A DNA stretch of 64,000 nt from sequence record MW598459, one strand, 5' to 3'. A program made the position numbers and the translations under genes. The stretch is from Escherichia phage vB_EcoM_RZ. Under the pieces are notes generated by a model that had not been told where the DNA came from, searched no databases, and saw nothing but the letters and a program-made list of their open reading frames with translations. Position 1 is the stretch's first letter, and every line of letters begins with the position of its first letter. Of this stretch, positions 59,878 through 64,000 are shown piece after piece.

Positions 59878-60265
59878 AACCGTTTTGACTTAGCTGAATC
59901 CTGATTTGTTCGAGGGTATCAGGGTCATCAACAATGCTGAACTGAACTGTTACGATAATGGAGTTATCATCATACATAGGGACAACTGCCACCTGTAGAT
60001 TGCTTATCCTTGGTTCGAAGTTCCGCACCGCGGAGACGATGTTGCGTTTAATGGTATCTGTGATTAATGGAGTGATATTCTCGAAAAGCTGATTACTTAT
60101 ATCACATCCAAATTCAGGCATAAAAGGCCTTGACCCTTTTCTTGTGGTGATTATTCCCAAAAGACTGTTCTTAACAGACCTTGCACCAGTTACTTTAGCA
60201 ACGTCTTTATCCCAACTTGTAGATAAGTCGGGAGACACATCGCTATACATTTTGTTTATATTCAT
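59876..60265 (-). CDS. 25: baseplate wedge protein gp25
   Basis: 129 aa (T4 gp25 132 aa); position uvsY-25-26. Confidence 0.8.
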   Translation of the reverse strand: MNINKMYSDVSPDLSTSWDKDVAKVTGARSVKNSLLGIITTRKGSRPFMPEFGCDISNQLFENITPLITDTIKRNIVSAVRNFEPRISNLQVAVVPMYDDNSIIVTVQFSIVDDPDTLEQIRIQLSQNG

Positions 60266-60889
60266 TTACATAAACTTAAAGAATTCTTTAAGCCCCTTAA
60301 TTACATGGACAGAATGTGCTCCGCACTCGCAAGAGATAGGAATAGCCATTTGGACCTGTGGCTTGAGAAGTTCTTCTGTTAGTGCATTTATATCATCGAG
60401 GGTAATTGCATTGTACAGGTCCTCGATTTCAGCTTCATTTAAGTCATCAACAACGATGCGCTCACCGCCTTCCGTGATAATATATTCGATACAACAAGCA
60501 ATCATTTTTCCTTTATCACCATCTTCAAACAGTCCAGGATAACGGAATTTAATTTTAAACGCCCCGAAATCACGAATAACTTCAGACTCATCCACGATGC
60601 TTGCGCGACTTATAGTCACAGGAATATCTTGTTCCTTTCCGCACTCACATACCCATGTATGCTCGACGTTAACAGCTCCGAGACTATTTGCCCAGAGATT
60701 AATAAGAAGCAGCTCGGCTTCCTGTTTGTTTAACCCTTTAGCATCAGTGCATTTATTAAGCAGTTCAATTATTGCAGGTTCCATACGCTTTTCTAATTTT
60801 GCCTGAAGCAAATCTTTGTATTCGCGCAAGGTAAAAGCCCTACAATTTATAGTTTTATTTTTAATTTGGACAATAAATTCATAAGTCAT
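60266..60889 (-). CDS. 26: baseplate hub protein gp26
   Basis: Start at MTYEFIV with SD AAGGAG gives 207 aa (T4 gp26 208 aa). Confidence 0.75.
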   Translation of the reverse strand: MTYEFIVQIKNKTINCRAFTLREYKDLLQAKLEKRMEPAIIELLNKCTDAKGLNKQEAELLLINLWANSLGAVNVEHTWVCECGKEQDIPVTISRASIVDESEVIRDFGAFKIKFRYPGLFEDGDKGKMIACCIEYIITEGGERIVVDDLNEAEIEDLYNAITLDDINALTEELLKPQVQMAIPISCECGAHSVHVIKGLKEFFKFM

Positions 60890-60906
60890 AATTTGCTCCT
60901 TTACTG

Positions 60907-60918
60907 TATTTATAAATA
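60907..60918. promoter_or_regulatory. palindromic bidirectional late promoter TATTTATAAATA (gene 26 leftward, gene 51 rightward)
   Basis: Perfect palindrome containing TATAAATA on both strands between the divergent gp26 and gp51 starts. Confidence 0.5.
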
Positions 60919-60942
60919 TCAATAAAGATAAAAGGGGATTCT

Positions 60943-61695
60943 ATGGCCAATATCGTAAGATGTGAAATGCCAGACGGAGTTCATCGTTTCAAACCGTTTA
61001 CAGTCGCTGATTACCGTGATTTACTGCTTGTGCGAAACGACATGAACAACAAACCCGTCGAAGAACAAAAACAATTATTAGACGAACTGTTGGAAGATTA
61101 TTTTGGAGAGTATCCAAAAGCATGGAGGCCTTACATATTTCTGAAGGTATTCACTTCCTCTATCGGTAAGACAAAAGTCCCGGTAGCGTTTGAATGTCAA
61201 AAATGTAAAAAGACAAAGCAGACTTTGTTTAACCTGAATCAGGGTCCATTAGTAAATCCAACGATGGAAACCGCCGGGATAAAAATACAATTTAAGTTCC
61301 CTGAAGTGGAATATAAAGATAAGTCAGAGCTTGTCTTGAATACCATCCAGACTGTCGAAGACTCGGAACAAAAATACAATTGGGAAGACCTTCCTGAAGA
61401 AACAAAGATGCAGGTTATCGATGCAATTGATATAGAGAGCCTCGAAGCACTCCTTAAGAAAATGCATTCGGTTTATATTCCATTTACATATGGCTGTTGT
61501 GAAAAGCACAAAACCGAATACACTGACCTGCTTGACGTCTTTAAGCTTATCCTTAACCCGGATGAAGTCTTTGTATTTTATCAAATTAACCACTTGCTGG
61601 TAAAGAATCAATATTCGCTGGATAGCATCATGCATATGATTCCTATTGAACGAGGTATTGCTTTATCACTAGTTGAGAAGGACTTGAAAAAATGA
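60943..61695 (+). CDS. 51: baseplate hub assembly protein gp51
   Basis: 250 aa (T4 gp51 249 aa). Confidence 0.75.
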   Translation: MANIVRCEMPDGVHRFKPFTVADYRDLLLVRNDMNNKPVEEQKQLLDELLEDYFGEYPKAWRPYIFLKVFTSSIGKTKVPVAFECQKCKKTKQTLFNLNQGPLVNPTMETAGIKIQFKFPEVEYKDKSELVLNTIQTVEDSEQKYNWEDLPEETKMQVIDAIDIESLEALLKKMHSVYIPFTYGCCEKHKTEYTDLLDVFKLILNPDEVFVFYQINHLLVKNQYSLDSIMHMIPIERGIALSLVEKDLKK

Positions 61696-62861
61696 CAGTT
61701 AAATCTATGCAGCGCGAAGGCTTTCCTAATATCAGCATCCGCCTTTACGAAGATTATGATGCATGGCTTGAGCACCGTTTTGTGGAACTAGCTGCTACCT
61801 TTACAACGTTAACCATGCGCGATTCCCTTTACGGAAGAAATGAAGGTCTCTTGCAATTCTATGATACGAAAAACCTACATACAAAAATGAATGGTGAACA
61901 GGTTATTCAGATTTCCGTTAAGAATGCCAACTCTGACCGAACCCAATCTAGAATATATGGAAGTAAACACTTTGCCGTTTCCGTGGATTCAAAGGGTGAT
62001 AACATAATTACAATTCAGTTGGCTCCTATTCACGAAATTGAAGACTTGAAATTTAGTCGTATGTTTTACCCGAGCGTACAGGAAACATTAGTCGAAATGG
62101 CCGGGGTAATTTATCAAGATAGACCATTACTTTCCCCACCAATAAACGGCATAAACGTTTATGCTCCTAACGTTCCATGGTGTGATTCGATGCACCAATA
62201 TATGGAATTCATAAGGGAAGTTGGCCTGTCGGTAGAAACTGATAAATTTGTTTTTGTATGGGAAGATATTGATGGGATAAGTATCCAGGATTATGAATGG
62301 TTAACATCACAAGAGCCAATTAATTTTGTGGTGGGGGAACCTCGATTGGTTGGGCAATTTGTACAAAACCTGACTACTCCTTTAGCCTTCGATTTTGAAT
62401 GGTTAACAAAGGCAAACCAACACACAAGAAAACCATACGAAAACGCAACTGTGTATGCGCATTCATTCCTTGATAAGAACGCAACCAGAATAACTTTTGG
62501 GGAAGGACAAAACAGTATTCTGGTATCTCGTTCCGGTGGCTATGCAGATTACACATACCGAAATGGTTTCGAGGAAGCACAACGATTGATAACTATGTCA
62601 CAATACGACGGTTACGCGCATTGCAAAACATACGGGAACTTTGAACTGACCCCGGGTGATAAGATAAATTTCTTTGACCCTAAGAACCAATTCAAATATG
62701 ATTTTTACGTAGACGAAGTTATTCATGAAGTGAGTAACAATACATCAATTACAAACCTCTATATGTTTACCAATGGTAAGCCTATCGAAGTTGAAGAACC
62801 ACCGAAGGTTAAAAATGAACTTAAAACTGATTCTGCCGACGAAGAAAATACAGCTGGGTGA
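61692..62861 (+). CDS. 27: baseplate hub protein gp27
   Basis: 389 aa (T4 gp27 391 aa). Confidence 0.85.
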   Translation: MTVKSMQREGFPNISIRLYEDYDAWLEHRFVELAATFTTLTMRDSLYGRNEGLLQFYDTKNLHTKMNGEQVIQISVKNANSDRTQSRIYGSKHFAVSVDSKGDNIITIQLAPIHEIEDLKFSRMFYPSVQETLVEMAGVIYQDRPLLSPPINGINVYAPNVPWCDSMHQYMEFIREVGLSVETDKFVFVWEDIDGISIQDYEWLTSQEPINFVVGEPRLVGQFVQNLTTPLAFDFEWLTKANQHTRKPYENATVYAHSFLDKNATRITFGEGQNSILVSRSGGYADYTYRNGFEEAQRLITMSQYDGYAHCKTYGNFELTPGDKINFFDPKNQFKYDFYVDEVIHEVSNNTSITNLYMFTNGKPIEVEEPPKVKNELKTDSADEENTAG

Positions 62862-63333
62862 TAAAGAGATTCATGTTCCTAAGCTTGGTCTCAAGCATCA
62901 CAATCTGATTAAAAACGAACCTAACCCATACGCTGCATTAAGAAAGATTATGCAATCGATATTCCCTAATCTTACAGCAGCCGAATCCGACTTTGTATCT
63001 TTACATCTCCTGGAATTCAATGGTAAGCTAAAAGACAAACGCGAGATTAATGGATTTACATATAAGCTGGATGATGTTTATATCTGTCAGCGCCTTGAAT
63101 TTTCTTATCAAGGGAAGACATTTAAATTCCGCTCCAATAAACCGTATGAAGAATTCGGACCAGTTGACAATCTCCTGGAGACCCTTTATCTCGGGGAAGA
63201 TGTTCCAGACTTTCTGGATATGCCTGCTTTTGTTGCTAAGTGGGCAGACGATATCACAAGCACATTAGCAATCCCGGGCCCGAATGGTCCTGTTAAGGGG
63301 TTACTGAAAATAATGGAACTCCTAAATGAATAA
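62815..63333 (+). CDS. 28: baseplate hub protein gp28
   Basis: Start at MNLKLILP (track ORF begins earlier); about 172 aa (T4 gp28 177 aa); overlaps gp27 end. Confidence 0.65.
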   Translation: MNLKLILPTKKIQLGDKEIHVPKLGLKHHNLIKNEPNPYAALRKIMQSIFPNLTAAESDFVSLHLLEFNGKLKDKREINGFTYKLDDVYICQRLEFSYQGKTFKFRSNKPYEEFGPVDNLLETLYLGEDVPDFLDMPAFVAKWADDITSTLAIPGPNGPVKGLLKIMELLNE

Positions 63334-64000
63334 GAACTCCGAACAAACGAGCTTCAGACGCGGTGGACCGAATAAAAAGCTTATTGAAGAATTAGCACCA
63401 CAAAGGAGGGCGGAAGCCCTCTCTGCCGAACAGAATGACGAACTATCGAATCTGAATACAACTCTTACAAATACTCAGGCCGCAACCGAACTTGTGTCGG
63501 AAGCTATTGAGGATAAGGGTAATCAGATTATCGAGAATATCCAAACCAATAATGGAGTCCTCCAGGATATCAGTGCTGGGGTCGAACTGACGGCCGAAGC
63601 CACCGAGAAGACTCAACAAGGGATTAAAAACCTCACGGATATTCTCTCGGATAAACTCGACAAACTCAGTGCAATGATAAGCGGTAAACTAGGCGTCACG
63701 TCTCCTGTGGCTGGTTCTGAAAGCCTTAAACCTGTGGAGGATGCATTACCAGAGCCTGAAGAGAATAAGCCCACGGCGAGCGTTCCAGAGCTCATACCGC
63801 CAGAAGAACAAAAGCCAGACGCAGACTTCATTCCAGAACCAGAACAGCCAAAAACCGATGCAGAAGGTAAAGAGACTAATACCTGGTCACTTGGTGATAA
63901 GCTTGATACCCTTTCGAAGATAACCGAAAAAGGATTTAAGGCATCGGTTTCTGTTGCTGACCGAATCTCCGGGATGCTGTTCAAATATACAATTACGGCA
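63326..64000 (+). CDS. 29: baseplate hub / tail length determinator gp29 (5' part; continues past window end)
   Basis: ATG overlaps gp28 stop (ATGAATAA); open frame to window end; position after gene 28. Confidence 0.6.
   Translation, partial: MNKNSEQTSFRRGGPNKKLIEELAPQRRAEALSAEQNDELSNLNTTLTNTQAATELVSEAIEDKGNQIIENIQTNNGVLQDISAGVELTAEATEKTQQGIKNLTDILSDKLDKLSAMISGKLGVTSPVAGSESLKPVEDALPEPEENKPTASVPELIPPEEQKPDADFIPEPEQPKTDAEGKETNTWSLGDKLDTLSKITEKGFKASVSVADRISGMLFKYTITA

Overview
This window is a contiguous piece of a T4-like (Tevenvirinae-type) myovirus genome; all calls come from reading the ORF translations and the DNA by eye, with T4 proteins recalled from memory, and no database search was run. 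Positions 1-21729 are almost entirely minus-strand early/middle genes: thymidine kinase, a macro-domain protein, an exported SLT-like transglycosylase, endonuclease V (denV), T4 lysozyme (e), NudE, an accessory island of small unknown genes with three paralogous families, two tRNAs, five tandem internal-protein (ip) genes, then 57B-57A-1-3-2-4. Positions 21778-53741 are the plus-strand late structural block in T4 order (53, 5, 5.1, 5.4, 6-12, wac, 13, 14, 15, 16, 17, 18, 19, 20, 67, 68, 21, 22, 23, 24), interrupted by a GIY-YIG homing endonuclease (between 13 and 14), an HNH endonuclease cassette (between 18 and 19) and a minus-strand early gene (between 23 and 24). The right end carries rnlB, hoc-like, inh-like, uvsW, uvsY, 25, 26, 51, 27, 28 and the start of 29. 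The most notable signals are: (1) a recurring early-promoter cassette (GTnTAC-N17/18-TATAAT plus a conserved leader) in which the -10 box sits inside an inverted repeat whose arms covary between copies; (2) a tandem array of ip genes with capsid-targeting N-termini; (3) paralogous small-protein families in the accessory island; (4) a Zn-ribbon/GIY-YIG-like gene inserted between genes 2 and 4; (5) a consensus middle promoter pointing antisense into gene 2. No CRISPR array, rRNA or integrase was seen.
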